From positions 22,952 to 86,951 of the forward strand of contig CAWIHV010000004.1 of assembly GCA_963835985.1 (NCBI GenBank): a DNA stretch of 64,000 nt, written 5' to 3'. The position numbers were made by a program, and so were the translations under genes. Of the stretch, positions 9,801 to 19,971 are shown one piece after another. A model generated the notes under the pieces. That model searched no databases. It was not told where the DNA came from and saw nothing but the letters and a program-made list of their open reading frames with translations. The stretch's first letter is position 1. The number at the start of each line of letters is the position of its first letter. Source of the DNA: an uncultured Actinomycetes bacterium. GTDB lineage: Bacteria > Actinomycetota > Acidimicrobiia > IMCC26256 > DASPTH01.

Positions 9801-10577
9801 TCACCACTCTCTGCGGTCGCCCAGATTGGATGAAATGGCGCGTCGGCCTGCCAACGCGGCGGCCACCGCGATCGCCGCGGTCTCCGCACGGAGGACGAAC
9901 GGGCCGACCGCAAGGCGCGGTGCGGCGCCGAAGCCGCGGAGCTCGTCGTCGTCGAAGCCGCCTTCGGGCCCGACCGCGACCACCCACTCGCCGTCGGACG
10001 GAGCGCCGAGCTCGCCAGCCGGGACCCCATCGGGCGCCGCGACCACCAGCCCCGGGAAGAGAACCAGCTCGGCCGGCACGACCGGGCCGTCGACCACCGG
10101 AATGCGCGAACGGCGCGACTGCATCGCCGCCTCGCGGGCAACCCGGGCGAGACGGGTGAACGCCGTGGCCACCTTGTCGTCATCCCACCGCACGACGGAA
10201 CGGGCCGCCTCGACCAGCACGATGCGATCGACGCCCAGTTCGGTGAGCTTCTGGACCGCGAGCTCCGGCTTCTGACCCTTGGTGAGGGAGCAGGCGACGG
10301 TGAGGCCCGGAACGAGCGACGGTTCGCGTGCGACCAGTGTGATCGCGTCGAGCTCGACCGCACCGCCTACGGCACGCGCAACGTCGTACGCGCGCCAACG
10401 CCCGTAGCCGTCGGCGACGGTGACCTGCTCGCCGGCACGTACGCGACGCGCGCGCTGCAGGTGATGCCCGTCGTCGCCCTCGACGGTGATGCGATCGTCG
10501 AGGCGCTCGGCGAACACGTGGGCCGTCGCCGCGAACTGCGCGGCCAGCGGGACCGGTGGTTCGACCGGCGGCGTCAT
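9801..10577 (-). CDS. rsmE: 16S rRNA (uracil1498-N3)-methyltransferase RsmE
   Basis: The last 258 codons of ORF 9801..11225 from the ATG at 10577 (MTPPVEPP...). Contains HHLQRARRVRAGEQVTVADGYG (PUA-like) and VAVGPEGGFDDDEL (SPOUT knot motif). Lies downstream of dnaJ as in many bacteria. Confidence 0.88.
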   Translation of the reverse strand: MTPPVEPPVPLAAQFAATAHVFAERLDDRITVEGDDGHHLQRARRVRAGEQVTVADGYGRWRAYDVARAVGGAVELDAITLVAREPSLVPGLTVACSLTKGQKPELAVQKLTELGVDRIVLVEAARSVVRWDDDKVATAFTRLARVAREAAMQSRRSRIPVVDGPVVPAELVLFPGLVVAAPDGVPAGELGAPSDGEWVVAVGPEGGFDDDELRGFGAAPRLAVGPFVLRAETAAIAVAAALAGRRAISSNLGDRREW

Positions 10578-10593
10578 CGCGTGGCGGCGGGCG

Positions 10594-11703
10594 CTACTGG
10601 AACGCGGAACGGATGCGGGAGAACATGCGCTTGTCCTGCACGTTCGCCACTTCCTCGCCGCGCATCTGCGCGAGCGTGCGGATGAGCTCGTCCTCCTCGG
10701 CCGAGAGACGGCCGGGCACCTCGACGTCGACGCGCACGAGCAGGTCGCCGCGACCGCGACCGCGCAACGCGTGGATGCCGCGGCCCTTGAGTCGGAAGAT
10801 GTGTCCCGGCTGCGTGCCCGGGGCGACGATGAGCTCCTCGAGGCCCTCGAGCGTCTCGACGTCGAGGTGGGTGCCGAGTGTCGCCTGCGTGAACGCGATC
10901 TTCCGGACGTGCAAGAGGTCGTCGCCGTGACGCTCGAAGCGCGGGTCGGGCGCGACGCGCACGGTGACGTAGAGATCGCCCGGCACTCCGCCTCGTGGTG
11001 CGGCCGGACCGCGGCCGGCCAGGCGCAGACGCTGGCCGTCGTCGACCCCGGCCGGCACCTCCACGTCGATCGACTTGGTGGACCGCACCCGCCCGTCGCC
11101 GCGACACTGCGTGCACGGCGTGGGGATGCGGCTGCCGGTCGCGCTGCACGCGACACACGGCGCCGCGGTGACGATCTGGCCGAGGATCGACCGGCGCACC
11201 TCGCGTACCTCGCCTGCGCCGCCACACACGTCGCACCGCGCCGGGTGGGTTCCGGGCTCGCAACCGGATCCCTCGCAGCGCTCGCAAGCGATCGGGAGGC
11301 GGACGTCGACCGTGGCCGTGGCGCCGAACGCAGCCTGGGCGAGGTCGAGGTTCACGACCGCTTCGGCGTCGGGCGCGCGCGGCGGACCCGCTTGGCGGTT
11401 GCCGAACGGGTCGCCGCCGAAGAACGCGTCGAAGATGTCGCCGAAGCCGAACGCCTCGCCGCCCGCCGGACCCCCGCCTCCGCTGGCGCGCGCACCTTCT
11501 TCTCCGAAGACGTCGTAGCGCCGACGACGCTCCGGGTCCTTCAACGTCTCGTACGCGACGTTGATGTCCTTGAACTGCTCTCCCGCCGCCGGGTCGGGGT
11601 TGCTGTCGGGGTGGTACTGACGTGCCAGCGCGCGATAGGCGCGCTTGATCTCGTCGTCGGTCGCGTTGCGAGCGACACCGAGCAGTTCGTAGTAGTCGCT
11701 CAT
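10594..11703 (-). CDS. dnaJ: Molecular chaperone DnaJ
   Basis: ATG at 11703: [36 protein letters not shown] (J domain with HPD). G-rich linker. Four CxxCxGxG zinc-finger repeats ([32 protein letters not shown]). Confidence 0.95.
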   Translation of the reverse strand: MSDYYELLGVARNATDDEIKRAYRALARQYHPDSNPDPAAGEQFKDINVAYETLKDPERRRRYDVFGEEGARASGGGGPAGGEAFGFGDIFDAFFGGDPFGNRQAGPPRAPDAEAVVNLDLAQAAFGATATVDVRLPIACERCEGSGCEPGTHPARCDVCGGAGEVREVRRSILGQIVTAAPCVACSATGSRIPTPCTQCRGDGRVRSTKSIDVEVPAGVDDGQRLRLAGRGPAAPRGGVPGDLYVTVRVAPDPRFERHGDDLLHVRKIAFTQATLGTHLDVETLEGLEELIVAPGTQPGHIFRLKGRGIHALRGRGRGDLLVRVDVEVPGRLSAEEDELIRTLAQMRGEEVANVQDKRMFSRIRSAFQ

Positions 11704-11713
11704 CTTGATCCGC

Positions 11714-12736
11714 TCACGACAGGACGTCTCCGAGTTGCTGCGAGATGGCTTCGACCGCGGCGAGCGCCTGGCGGTAGTCCATGCGGGTGGGACCGAGCAC
11801 GCCGACGGTGCCCGCGACCTCGCCGTCGACCTTGTAGGGCGCGACGACGATCGAGCAGTCGCGCAGCTCGTCGATCGAGTTCTCGGAACCGATGCGCACC
11901 GTGGTGTCACCCTGGTCGAGGAGATCGTGCACGAACGACACCACCTCGACCTGGCGCTCGAGCAGCTCGAGCAGACGGGCGGCACTGTCGGTCGCGGGGA
12001 ACGCTTCCTGCTCGGCCGCGAGCCGGCTGGCGCCACCCACGTAGAGCGGCTCGAACGACTCCTGCTCGGCCCGGGACGCGAGCGCGTCGCGCGCGTCACG
12101 GGCGAGGGTGTCGGCGGCGGGGCCGGCGACGGGGCGCAGCTCGGGCAGGCGGTTCCACCGTGCACCGGCGAGCTGCGTGTCGAGGAGCGCGGCGGCGGTG
12201 GCGACGGTGGCGTCGTCGAGATCGGCCGCGACGTGGAGGATCGACTTCTCGACCCGACCGTTGGACAGGATCGCCAACGCCAGCACGAGCGAGGGCTGGA
12301 GCGTCACCAGTTGCACGCTGCGGATGGTGGCGACCTCGACGTGAGGCCCGACGACGACCGCGGTGTGGGTGCTCACCCGGGCGAGCAATTGACTCGTCTC
12401 GTGCAGCAGATCCTCGAGCACCTGGTGTGCCGACTGGAAGAGCGTGAAGAAGTCGGTGACCGCTCGTCGCTGGGCGGGCGCGAGGCCGGGCTGACGGTCG
12501 AAGTTGTCGACGAAGAAGCGGTAGCCGCGGTCGGTCGGCACCCGCCCGGCCGACGTGTGCGGCTGCACGAGGTAGCCCTCACGCTCGAGGACGGTCATGT
12601 CGTTGCGCACCGTGGCGCTCGACACCCCGAGGTTGCGGGAGCGCGCGATGGTCTGCGATCCCACCGGCTGGGCGGTGGTGATGTGCTCCTCCACGATTGC
12701 TCGGAGGATCGTCGCCTTGCGGTCGTCGAGCTCCAT
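11714..12736 (-). CDS. hrcA: Heat-inducible transcription repressor HrcA
   Basis: [77 protein letters not shown]. The ORF-track start at 12742 (GTG) is an alternative. A CIRCE operator lies immediately upstream. Confidence 0.93.
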   Translation of the reverse strand: MELDDRKATILRAIVEEHITTAQPVGSQTIARSRNLGVSSATVRNDMTVLEREGYLVQPHTSAGRVPTDRGYRFFVDNFDRQPGLAPAQRRAVTDFFTLFQSAHQVLEDLLHETSQLLARVSTHTAVVVGPHVEVATIRSVQLVTLQPSLVLALAILSNGRVEKSILHVAADLDDATVATAAALLDTQLAGARWNRLPELRPVAGPAADTLARDARDALASRAEQESFEPLYVGGASRLAAEQEAFPATDSAARLLELLERQVEVVSFVHDLLDQGDTTVRIGSENSIDELRDCSIVVAPYKVDGEVAGTVGVLGPTRMDYRQALAAVEAISQQLGDVLS

Positions 12737-12762
12737 TGGCACTCGATCCTACCGAGTGCCAG
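12736..12762 (-). promoter_or_regulatory. CIRCE-like operator (HrcA binding site)
   Basis: TTGGCACTC-gatcctacc-GAGTGCCAG is an inverted repeat with an exact 9-nt spacer. It matches the consensus TTAGCACTC-N9-GAGTGCTAA at 8/9 and 7/9 positions. It spans the hemW stop and abuts the hrcA ATG. Confidence 0.8.
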
Positions 12763-13981
12763 TCGCGACCGACGGCTGTTCCAGGGCTCGGAGCAACCGT
12801 ACGGCCACCTCGTTGCCGAGGAGCCGACCCCGGCGGGTGAGCACGACCCGTTCGCGCCCGCGTTCGCCCGATCGGTCCACCAGACCGGCGGCGTCGAGAT
12901 CGTCGAGGCACGAGTCCACTCGAGAAGGATCGGCCGTGGGCAGCGGGAGCTTGATCCCGGCTGCGGTGCGGACCGCCAGGACGAGCGCCTCGGCCTCGCG
13001 CTCGGGGTCGGTCAGGGTCTCGTCGCCCGCCTCCGCGGATCGGCCCGAGACCACGGCTTCGACGTACCGCTCAGGGGTGCGCACGTTCCACCACCGGCGG
13101 ACGCCGCCGTCTTCCGTGGAGGAGGCGCCGTGCCCGGCGCAGCCGATGGCGGTGTACTCGCCGCCCTGCCAGTAGAGGAGGTTGTGCCGGCACTCCTCGC
13201 CCGGGCGGGACCAGTTCGACACCTCGTACCAGGGCCGTCCGGAGGCGGTGAGGCGATCGTCGGCCAGCTCGTACTTGGTGGCCTGGTCGTCGTCGTCGGG
13301 GGCGATCCGCTCCCCCGCCGCCACCGCCTTCCCGAGCGGCGTGCCCGGCTCGACCGTCAACGCGTACGCACTCACGTGGCCGGGATCGAGCGCGAGCGCG
13401 GCGTCGAGCGTCGCCGACCAGTCGTCGACCGTCTCGCCTGGAGTGCCGTAGATGAGGTCGAGGTTGTACCGGTCGATGCCCACGGCCCGCGCCGCGTCGA
13501 TCGCGCGCGCGACGTTGTCCGGATCGTGGGTGCGCCCGAGCGCGAGGAGCACGTGCGGCCGCATCGACTGCACGCCGAACGACAACCGGTTCACGCCCGC
13601 GCCGGCGTACGCGCGCAACTTCTCGACGTCGACCGAATCGGGGTTGCACTCGACCGTGACCTCGGCGTCGGAAGTGCGGGCGATGGCGTCGAGGATCGCG
13701 GTGAGCTGCGACGCGGCCAGCAGCGACGGCGTTCCACCGCCGAAGAACACCGTGTCGACGGGCGGGAGTGCGCGACGTCGGAGGTCGAGCACACACGCGT
13801 CGACGTAAGCGTCGACGAGATGCGCGCGATCGGTCCAGGTGGCGAAGTCGCAGTAGTCGCAGCGCGCCGCGCAGAACGGGATGTGCACGTACACGCCCGT
13901 TCTCTGCGGTTGCTCGCTGCGCAACGGGATACCCGTTGCGCAGGCGCTCGCTTCCGCTCGCTTCGGAGACGCGTCGTTCAC
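12749..13981 (-). CDS. hemW: Radical SAM heme chaperone HemW (coproporphyrinogen III oxidase-like)
   Basis: 410 aa. Radical-SAM cluster motif VHIPFCAARCDYCDF, then GGGTPS. Conserved position between lepA and hrcA. Confidence 0.9.
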   Translation of the reverse strand: MNDASPKRAEASACATGIPLRSEQPQRTGVYVHIPFCAARCDYCDFATWTDRAHLVDAYVDACVLDLRRRALPPVDTVFFGGGTPSLLAASQLTAILDAIARTSDAEVTVECNPDSVDVEKLRAYAGAGVNRLSFGVQSMRPHVLLALGRTHDPDNVARAIDAARAVGIDRYNLDLIYGTPGETVDDWSATLDAALALDPGHVSAYALTVEPGTPLGKAVAAGERIAPDDDDQATKYELADDRLTASGRPWYEVSNWSRPGEECRHNLLYWQGGEYTAIGCAGHGASSTEDGGVRRWWNVRTPERYVEAVVSGRSAEAGDETLTDPEREAEALVLAVRTAAGIKLPLPTADPSRVDSCLDDLDAAGLVDRSGERGRERVVLTRRGRLLGNEVAVRLLRALEQPSVATGTR

Positions 13982-13983
13982 GG

Positions 13984-15810
13984 TCAGTCGTCCAGACGGA
14001 GCGCGGCCACGAAGGCCTCCTGGGGGACCTCGACGCGCCCGATCTGCTTCATGCGCTTCTTCCCCTCCTTCTGACGGTCGAGCAGCTTGCGCTTGCGCGA
14101 GATGTCACCGCCGTAGCACTTGGCGATGACGTCCTTGCGCTTCGCCTTCACCGTCTCGCGGGCGATGATGCGCCCGCCCACCGCGGCCTGGATCGGCACG
14201 TCGAAGAGCTGTCGCGGGATGAGCTCGCGCAGCTTCTCGGTCATTCGCTTCCCGTAGTCGTACGCCCGATCGCGGTGCACGATGGTGGAGAAGGCGTCGA
14301 CGGCGACGTTGTTGAGCAGCACGTCGACCTTCGACAGGTTCGACGCGCGGTACCCGATCGGCTCGTAGTCGAGACTCGCATAGCCCTTCGTGCGCGACTT
14401 CAATTGGTCGAAGAAGTCCATGACGATCTCGGCGAGTGGGAGCACGTAGACCAGCTCGACGCGCTCCTCCGACAGGTACTCCATGCGCGTCATGTCGCCG
14501 CGCCGCTGCTGGCAGAGCTCCATGATCGTCCCGATGTACTCCGTTGGCGTGAGCACGGTGACGGTGACGAAGGGCTCTTCGATGCTCGCGATCTCGTTGG
14601 GCGTGGGCATCGCCGACGGGTTGTCGACGATCTCGACGGTGCCGTCGACCAGCTCGAGCTGGTACTCGACGTTGGGCGCAGTGGCGACGAGCGAGAGGTC
14701 GTACTCGCGCTCCAGCCGCTCGCGCACGATCTCCATGTGCAGCAATCCGAGGAACCCGCACCGGAAGCCGAAGCCCAGCGCGCCCGACGTCTCGGGCTCG
14801 TAGGTGAACGACGAGTCGTTGAGGCGCAGCTTCTGGAGCGACTCGCGCAGCTCCGCGTACTCGTCGCCGTCGACCGGGTAGAGCCCACAGAACACCATGG
14901 GCTTGGGGTCGAGGTAGCCCGGCAACGCCTCCCCGGGGTGCGCAGCCGTGGTGACGGTCTCGCCGACGCGCGCCTGGCCGACGTCCTTGATCCCGGCGAT
15001 GAGGTAGCCGACCTCACCCGGGCCGAGCGCGGCGACCGGAGTGGTGGCGGGGAGTCGCACGCCCACCTCCTCGGCGTCGTGGATCGCCTTCGCCTGCACG
15101 TAGCGCAGTCGGGCACCGCTGCCGAGGCTGCCGTTGAACACGCGGACGGAGCTCACGACGCCGCGGTACGCGTCGTAGATCGAGTCGAAGATCAGGGCCT
15201 GCAGCGGCGCGTCGGGGTCGCCCGTCGGCGCCGGGATGCGCGCGACCAACGCGTCGAGCAGCTCGGGCACACCTTCGCCGGTCTTGGCCGAGATGTGCAG
15301 GATCTCGTCGGCGGGGATCCCCAGGACGTGCTCGATCTCGGAGGCGACGCGGTCGGGTTCGGCGGCGGGCAGGTCGATCTTGTTGAGGGCGGCCACGATG
15401 GTGAGGTCGTGCTCGAGCGCGAGGTAGCAGTTGGCGAGCGTCTGGGCCTCGATCCCCTGCGAGGCGTCGACCAGCAGCAGCGCACCCTCACAGGCGGCGA
15501 GACTCCGGGACACCTCGTACCCGAAGTCGACGTGACCCGGCGTGTCGATGAGGTGCAGCACGTGGTCGGCCCAGTGCAGGCGCACGTTCTGGGCCTTGAT
15601 CGTGATGCCCCGCTCCCGTTCCAGGTCCATCGAGTCGAGGTACTGCGCCCGCATGTCCCGGGCGTCGACGGCCCCGGTGAGCTCGAGGATCCGGTCGGCC
15701 AACGTCGACTTCCCGTGGTCGACGTGGGCGACGATGCTGAAGTTGCGGAACCGATCGAGCCCGGGCACACCCCATTCTCCCCGCCCCGAGGGCGTTGGCA
15801 CGAACCCCAT
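13984..15810 (-). CDS. lepA: Translation elongation factor 4 (LepA)
   Basis: [18 protein letters not shown] (G1), DTPGHVDF (G3), NKID (G4) and a LepA C-terminal domain. The true start may be the in-frame GTG at 15768 ([13 protein letters not shown]). Confidence 0.93.
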   Translation of the reverse strand: MGFVPTPSGRGEWGVPGLDRFRNFSIVAHVDHGKSTLADRILELTGAVDARDMRAQYLDSMDLERERGITIKAQNVRLHWADHVLHLIDTPGHVDFGYEVSRSLAACEGALLLVDASQGIEAQTLANCYLALEHDLTIVAALNKIDLPAAEPDRVASEIEHVLGIPADEILHISAKTGEGVPELLDALVARIPAPTGDPDAPLQALIFDSIYDAYRGVVSSVRVFNGSLGSGARLRYVQAKAIHDAEEVGVRLPATTPVAALGPGEVGYLIAGIKDVGQARVGETVTTAAHPGEALPGYLDPKPMVFCGLYPVDGDEYAELRESLQKLRLNDSSFTYEPETSGALGFGFRCGFLGLLHMEIVRERLEREYDLSLVATAPNVEYQLELVDGTVEIVDNPSAMPTPNEIASIEEPFVTVTVLTPTEYIGTIMELCQQRRGDMTRMEYLSEERVELVYVLPLAEIVMDFFDQLKSRTKGYASLDYEPIGYRASNLSKVDVLLNNVAVDAFSTIVHRDRAYDYGKRMTEKLRELIPRQLFDVPIQAAVGGRIIARETVKAKRKDVIAKCYGGDISRKRKLLDRQKEGKKRMKQIGRVEVPQEAFVAALRLDD

Positions 15811-15890
15811 TGCCTCCTGCTAGCCTGATCCGGCCTTCCGGCACCTTTCTCTCCCCGCCTCTCTCGAATTCCCGGAGCACTGCACGCGCC

Positions 15891-16151
15891 ATGGCGAACA
15901 TCAAGAGCCAGATCAAGCGGAACCGCTCGAATGAACGGCGGCGCCTCCGCAACCAGGGTGTGCGCTCCGAGCTGAAGACGCGCGTGAAGACCGCGTCCAC
16001 GGCCATCGAGACCGGCGCCGACGACGCCCCCGAGGCCGTCCGCCTTGCGCAGAAGCGCCTCGGCAAGGCCGCGTCGAAGGGCCGCATCCACAAGAACCAG
16101 GCCGCCCGGCGCACCTCCCGCCTCATGAAGAAGGCCGGCACCAACTCCTAG
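15891..16151 (+). CDS. rpsT: 30S ribosomal protein S20
   Basis: ATG at 15891: MANIKSQIKRNRSNERRRLRNQGVRSELKTRVK..., 86 aa. Divergent from lepA as usual. Confidence 0.93.
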   Translation: MANIKSQIKRNRSNERRRLRNQGVRSELKTRVKTASTAIETGADDAPEAVRLAQKRLGKAASKGRIHKNQAARRTSRLMKKAGTNS

Positions 16152-16153
16152 GT

Positions 16154-16205
16154 CGGCAAAGTCACGCGATCTGGCACGTCAGCGTTCCAGATCGCGCAGC
16201 TTTGG
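16154..16205. repeat. Palindromic intergenic element, copy A (CGGCAAAG-N10-TGGCACG-N21-CTTTGG); likely also the rpsT terminator
   Basis: Starts 3 nt after the rpsT stop. Perfect 10-bp inner stem cgcgatctgg (16165-16174) / ccagatcgcg (16187-16196). Outer caaag/ctttg arms are complementary. Same architecture as copies at 34908 and 35923. Confidence 0.7.
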
Positions 16206-16212
16206 GGCTTCG

Positions 16213-16623
16213 CTAGCCGTTCGGCGGCACCATGCAGTCGAACACGTAGGCGGTGTCGAGGAACTCCCACGCTTCGGCGATCTTGCCGTCGCGGACGCGG
16301 AACAGCATGTGGTACGAGCCGTGGTACTCGTTGCCGGCGGTCGTGCGCGCGTGCATCGTGCAGTGCAACGTGACGAGGTCGTCCTCGGCGAGGACGTGGT
16401 CGATGTCCCACGTGCGGTCGGGTTCGTAGACCTCCGTCGACCCGATGAAGAGCGCGTGGACCTGCTCACCCGACAGGTCCTGGGCGGGGAAGCCGCGCTG
16501 GGCCACCGACGTGGGGAGGTGCCAGACCGCGTCGTCGGCGAGGTACGGGATCTTGTCGGGCTGCGCCGCAGCCCAGAACTCGAGCACGAGCTCCTTGTTG
16601 CGCGCGGTGTCGCTCACGACCAC
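16213..16623 (-). CDS. SnoaL-like / NTF2-fold protein
   Basis: 136-aa intact ORF. The NKELVLEFW start, a central hydrophobic core and a DGKIAEAWEFLD ending are typical of the SnoaL/ketosteroid-isomerase-like fold. Confidence 0.7.
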   Translation of the reverse strand: MVVSDTARNKELVLEFWAAAQPDKIPYLADDAVWHLPTSVAQRGFPAQDLSGEQVHALFIGSTEVYEPDRTWDIDHVLAEDDLVTLHCTMHARTTAGNEYHGSYHMLFRVRDGKIAEAWEFLDTAYVFDCMVPPNG

Positions 16624-16627
16624 GACG

Positions 16628-17677
16628 CTATCGCCGTCGGCCTCCCGTGCGCGCGCTCAATCGCGCCAGCCGGACGACCAGGACCTCCATCACCGCCTGC
16701 TCGGGGATGCCGCGCGCGCCCTTGAGGTCGAGATCGGCCTGGAACAGCGCGTCGAACGCCTGACGGATCCCGCCGTTGCCGAGTGCACGCGCCTGGTTGA
16801 GCGCCTTGCGCGCGGGATACTCCTTCACCTTGCCGCCGAGCGCGGCGACCGCGTCGGCGGGCGAGCGCAGTGACGGGTCGTCGAGCCGCAGGATGCGGCG
16901 GTAGTACCCGTTGAGCATGCCCATGACCTGCAGTGGGTGCATCGGCTTGGGTTGCTGGCGGCTCGACACCGTGAGCAACCGGTGCAGGATCTCCAACGCG
17001 GTCGCGGGGTCGCCTTCCTCGATGGCGTTGGTGAGCTGGTACGACGGCACCGCGCCGGCCTCGCCGAGGTACGGGCGCACGTCGTCGACCCCGAGGGTGA
17101 CGTCGGGAGTCGACGCGGCCGCGAGCACGTCGACCAGCGCGGCAACGCGGCCGGCGTCGTCGCCCAGGTGCGATGTGATCAGGCGGGCGGCGTCGCCGGT
17201 GAGCAGCACGCCGGCCTCGTGCGCGGCGGCGATGAGGACCTTGTCGGTCTTCTCGCTCTCGGGCGCGCGCTCCTCGGCCTTGACTTCCTTGAGCTTCTTG
17301 GTGAGCGCGGGTGGCATGGTCCCGCCGCCCGCGACGAACACGAGGATGGTCGTGTCGAGCGGGTCGTCGAGGTAGCGGACGATGCCGTCGACATCCCCGG
17401 CGGTGAGGGCACCGACGTCACGCACCACGACGACACGGTGCTCGGTCATGAACGGCGGACTGCCGGCCGCGTTGAGGAGCGCGGCGACCGCGGCGTCACG
17501 ACCCTCGGCGCCTGCGGGCGCCTCGCTCTCGTCGCCCACCCCGGCGCGGCCGGGAATGGTGATGTCCTCCAGCGCCAGCGTGGGATCGTCGGCGCCGAGG
17601 ATCTCGGTGAGGAGGTCGGCGACGACGCGATCGCGAAGTGTTGGATCGGTCCCTTTCACGAGGTACGTCCCGCTCAT
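16628..17677 (-). CDS. holA: DNA polymerase III subunit delta (HolA)
   Basis: 349 aa from the ATG at 17677 (MSGTYLVKGTDPTLRDRVV...). Conserved position between rpsT and comEC. C-terminal ...DLDLKGARGIPEQAVMEVLVVRLA resembles the delta subunit. Confidence 0.8.
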   Translation of the reverse strand: MSGTYLVKGTDPTLRDRVVADLLTEILGADDPTLALEDITIPGRAGVGDESEAPAGAEGRDAAVAALLNAAGSPPFMTEHRVVVVRDVGALTAGDVDGIVRYLDDPLDTTILVFVAGGGTMPPALTKKLKEVKAEERAPESEKTDKVLIAAAHEAGVLLTGDAARLITSHLGDDAGRVAALVDVLAAASTPDVTLGVDDVRPYLGEAGAVPSYQLTNAIEEGDPATALEILHRLLTVSSRQQPKPMHPLQVMGMLNGYYRRILRLDDPSLRSPADAVAALGGKVKEYPARKALNQARALGNGGIRQAFDALFQADLDLKGARGIPEQAVMEVLVVRLARLSARTGGRRR

Positions 17678-18510
17678 GCGCGCACCAATTCCTCGATCAT
17701 CCGGCACACGGCGACCGAACCGGCGACGTCGTGCACCCGCACGATGCGACAGCCGTGGGCGACGCCGTAGGCGACCGACGCCAGCGACGCGGCACGTCGC
17801 GCGTCGATGTCGAGCTCGAGCAGGTCACCCAGGAACCGCTTGTTCGACGACGACAGGAGCAGGGTGTAGCCGTGGGCGGCGAGCGAGTCGCTCTCGCGCA
17901 GCAACACCGCACTCTGCGCGGGCGTCTTGCCGAGGTCGAGACCGGCGTCGAGCGCGATCTGCTCGGGTGCGAGGCCGGCCGCCTCGGCTCGTCGGGCCCG
18001 GTCGAGCAGGAACGCGGTGACGTCGCCGAGGAGGTCGTCGTAGTGGGGCTCGGGGTCGGGCACGCGCGGCTGGAGCCGGATGTGGGTGGCGACGACCGAC
18101 GCGTCGTGGCGGGCCGCCACCGCGAGGTAGGCCGGATCGCCGAACCCGCTGATGTCGTTGCCGACGACGGCACCGGCCTTGCACGCCTCGTCGAGCACCG
18201 ACGCCCGCCAGGTGTCGCAGGAGATGGCGACGTCGAAGCGCTCGTACAGCGCGGCGATGGGTGCGACCACCCGGTCGAGCTCCTCGGCCGGCCCGACCTC
18301 GGGGCCCGGCCCGGCCTTGACGCCACCCACGTCGAGCAGGTCCGCGCCCTGCTCGACCAGCACCGCGGCGCGCTGCAACAGGGACTCGAGCTCGAAGGTG
18401 AGTCCCTTGTCGTAGAACGAGTCGGGAGTGCGGTTGAGGATGCCCATCACCAGCGTGCGCGACGTGAGGTCGTGGACCTCGTCACCGAGGCGGTAGTGGA
18501 ACGAGGGCAT
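17674..18510 (-). CDS. folP: Dihydropteroate synthase family protein
   Basis: TLVMGILNRTPDSFYDKG, ADLLDVGGVKAGPG and ISCDTWRASV are pterin-binding DHPS motifs. Start ATG at 18510 (MPSFHYRLG). Overlaps the holA start by 4 nt. Confidence 0.85.
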   Translation of the reverse strand: MPSFHYRLGDEVHDLTSRTLVMGILNRTPDSFYDKGLTFELESLLQRAAVLVEQGADLLDVGGVKAGPGPEVGPAEELDRVVAPIAALYERFDVAISCDTWRASVLDEACKAGAVVGNDISGFGDPAYLAVAARHDASVVATHIRLQPRVPDPEPHYDDLLGDVTAFLLDRARRAEAAGLAPEQIALDAGLDLGKTPAQSAVLLRESDSLAAHGYTLLLSSSNKRFLGDLLELDIDARRAASLASVAYGVAHGCRIVRVHDVAGSVAVCRMIEELVRA

Positions 18511-19964
18511 CTCGTCGGAGCCTACGCGCGCGGTGTATCGCGGCCAGGAGGGCACCGAGCGCGATCAGGCCCCACGCGGCGCGGCCGTCGACCGCGACCG
18601 GAACACGGGACGCGAGGTCGGCCACGGAGATCAGCGCGTGCAGCAACGCGGCGGTCGGCAGCTCGAGCACGCGCGGGATCGCCGGTGAGAGCGGCCGGGC
18701 CAGACCGCCGACGACACCCGCCACCAGCCCCCACATGGTGAGCGGCGCGGCCAGGGGCACCGCCAACAGGTTGGCGGGCAACGCGACCAGCGGCATCGAC
18801 CCGAACACCGGAATGAGGACCGGTGCCACCCCGACCTGTGCGGCGGCGGTGACGCCGAGCACCTCGCGCATCCACACCGGCCCGCGCAGTCGTGCTGTGA
18901 TCGGCTTCGCCAGCAGCGCGATCCCGAGGCTGGCGCCGCACGAGAGCAGGAAGCCGACCTGATGCAGGAGGAACGGATCGACGAGGAGCAGGCCGATCGC
19001 GGCCAGCACCAGGACTCGTACGCCTGTGGTCGGTCGGCCCAGCGCGCCCGCGAGCATCGCCACCACGGCCATCGTGATCGCCCGCAGCACCGATGGCTCC
19101 CACCGGGTCATGGTGCCGAAGCACACGAGCACCGCCAGCGCGACGACGAATCGGCCTCGCAGCCCCGAGCGCCGCAGCAGCGGCGCGAACAAGGCCAGCA
19201 CGAACGCCACGTTCTCCCCCGAGACGGCGGTGAGATGGGTGAGTCCGGCGGCGCGGAATTGCTCCGTGAGCTCCTGCGGGACGCCGCGGGTGTCACCGAG
19301 GAGGAAACCCGCGAGCAGGGCCCGGTCGACCGGCTCGAGGTGCGCGGATCCTGCGAGCACGAGCGCCGCGCAACCCGTTGGCGGCGCGGTCGAGCGGCGC
19401 ACGCGCGTGCGCGACGCCGAAGATCTCGGTGGCGTGCACCTCCCCCACCGCGTGCTTCCAGCGCCAGCGGACGTCGAAGCCCTCGAGCTCCGTGCACCAT
19501 CCGCGGAGCACCGCCGATTCACCAGCCGACAGGATCCGCAGGTGCTCGGCGATCTCGCCGGACGCACTCACGAGCACGCGGCGTCCGCCGGCCGGACGCC
19601 CGTCGAACGAGTCGACATGCACGAGCACGCGCGTGTCGTAACGACCCGAGTCGGGATCGTCGACGAGCGTGACCACCACCCGCGCGTCGGCGTGATCGGC
19701 CACAGCGAGCCCGAGCGGTGACACCTCGAGCCCGTGCAACGCACGTTGCATCACCGCGACCCCGAGCAGCGCGAACGCCACTGCGACCAGCGCGATGCGC
19801 ACCGACGCGACCCGCACGCACATCACCAGCAGGAGGCCACCCGCGCCCGCGACGAGCGCCGCGTCGGCCGACGCGGGACCCATGGCCTCGCCGGCGAGGA
19901 TCCCGCCGACCAGCGCGACCAGGACGACGATCGGCGCGACCGGCAACGCCGGCGCGGGGGTCAC
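18482..19964 (-). CDS. comEC: ComEC/Rec2-family competence channel (short form without metallo-beta-lactamase domain); one extra base near 19366
   Basis: ORFs 19293..19964 and 18482..19567 join as ...PLDRAANGLR|ALVLAGSAHLEPVDRALLAGFLLGDTRGVP. LTHLTAVSGENVAFV is the competence-domain motif. Corrected length is 493 aa. Confidence 0.85.
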
Positions 19965-19971
19965 GTCGAGA

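Noticed and set aside
16172-16178. TGGCACG in the repeat elements resembles the -24 box of sigma-54 promoters.
   Set aside because: No TTGC -12 box follows at the required 4-nt spacing in any copy (tcagcgtt, caagcgtg, cacacgtt). Sigma-54 is generally absent from Actinomycetota. The motif lies partly inside a stem-loop.
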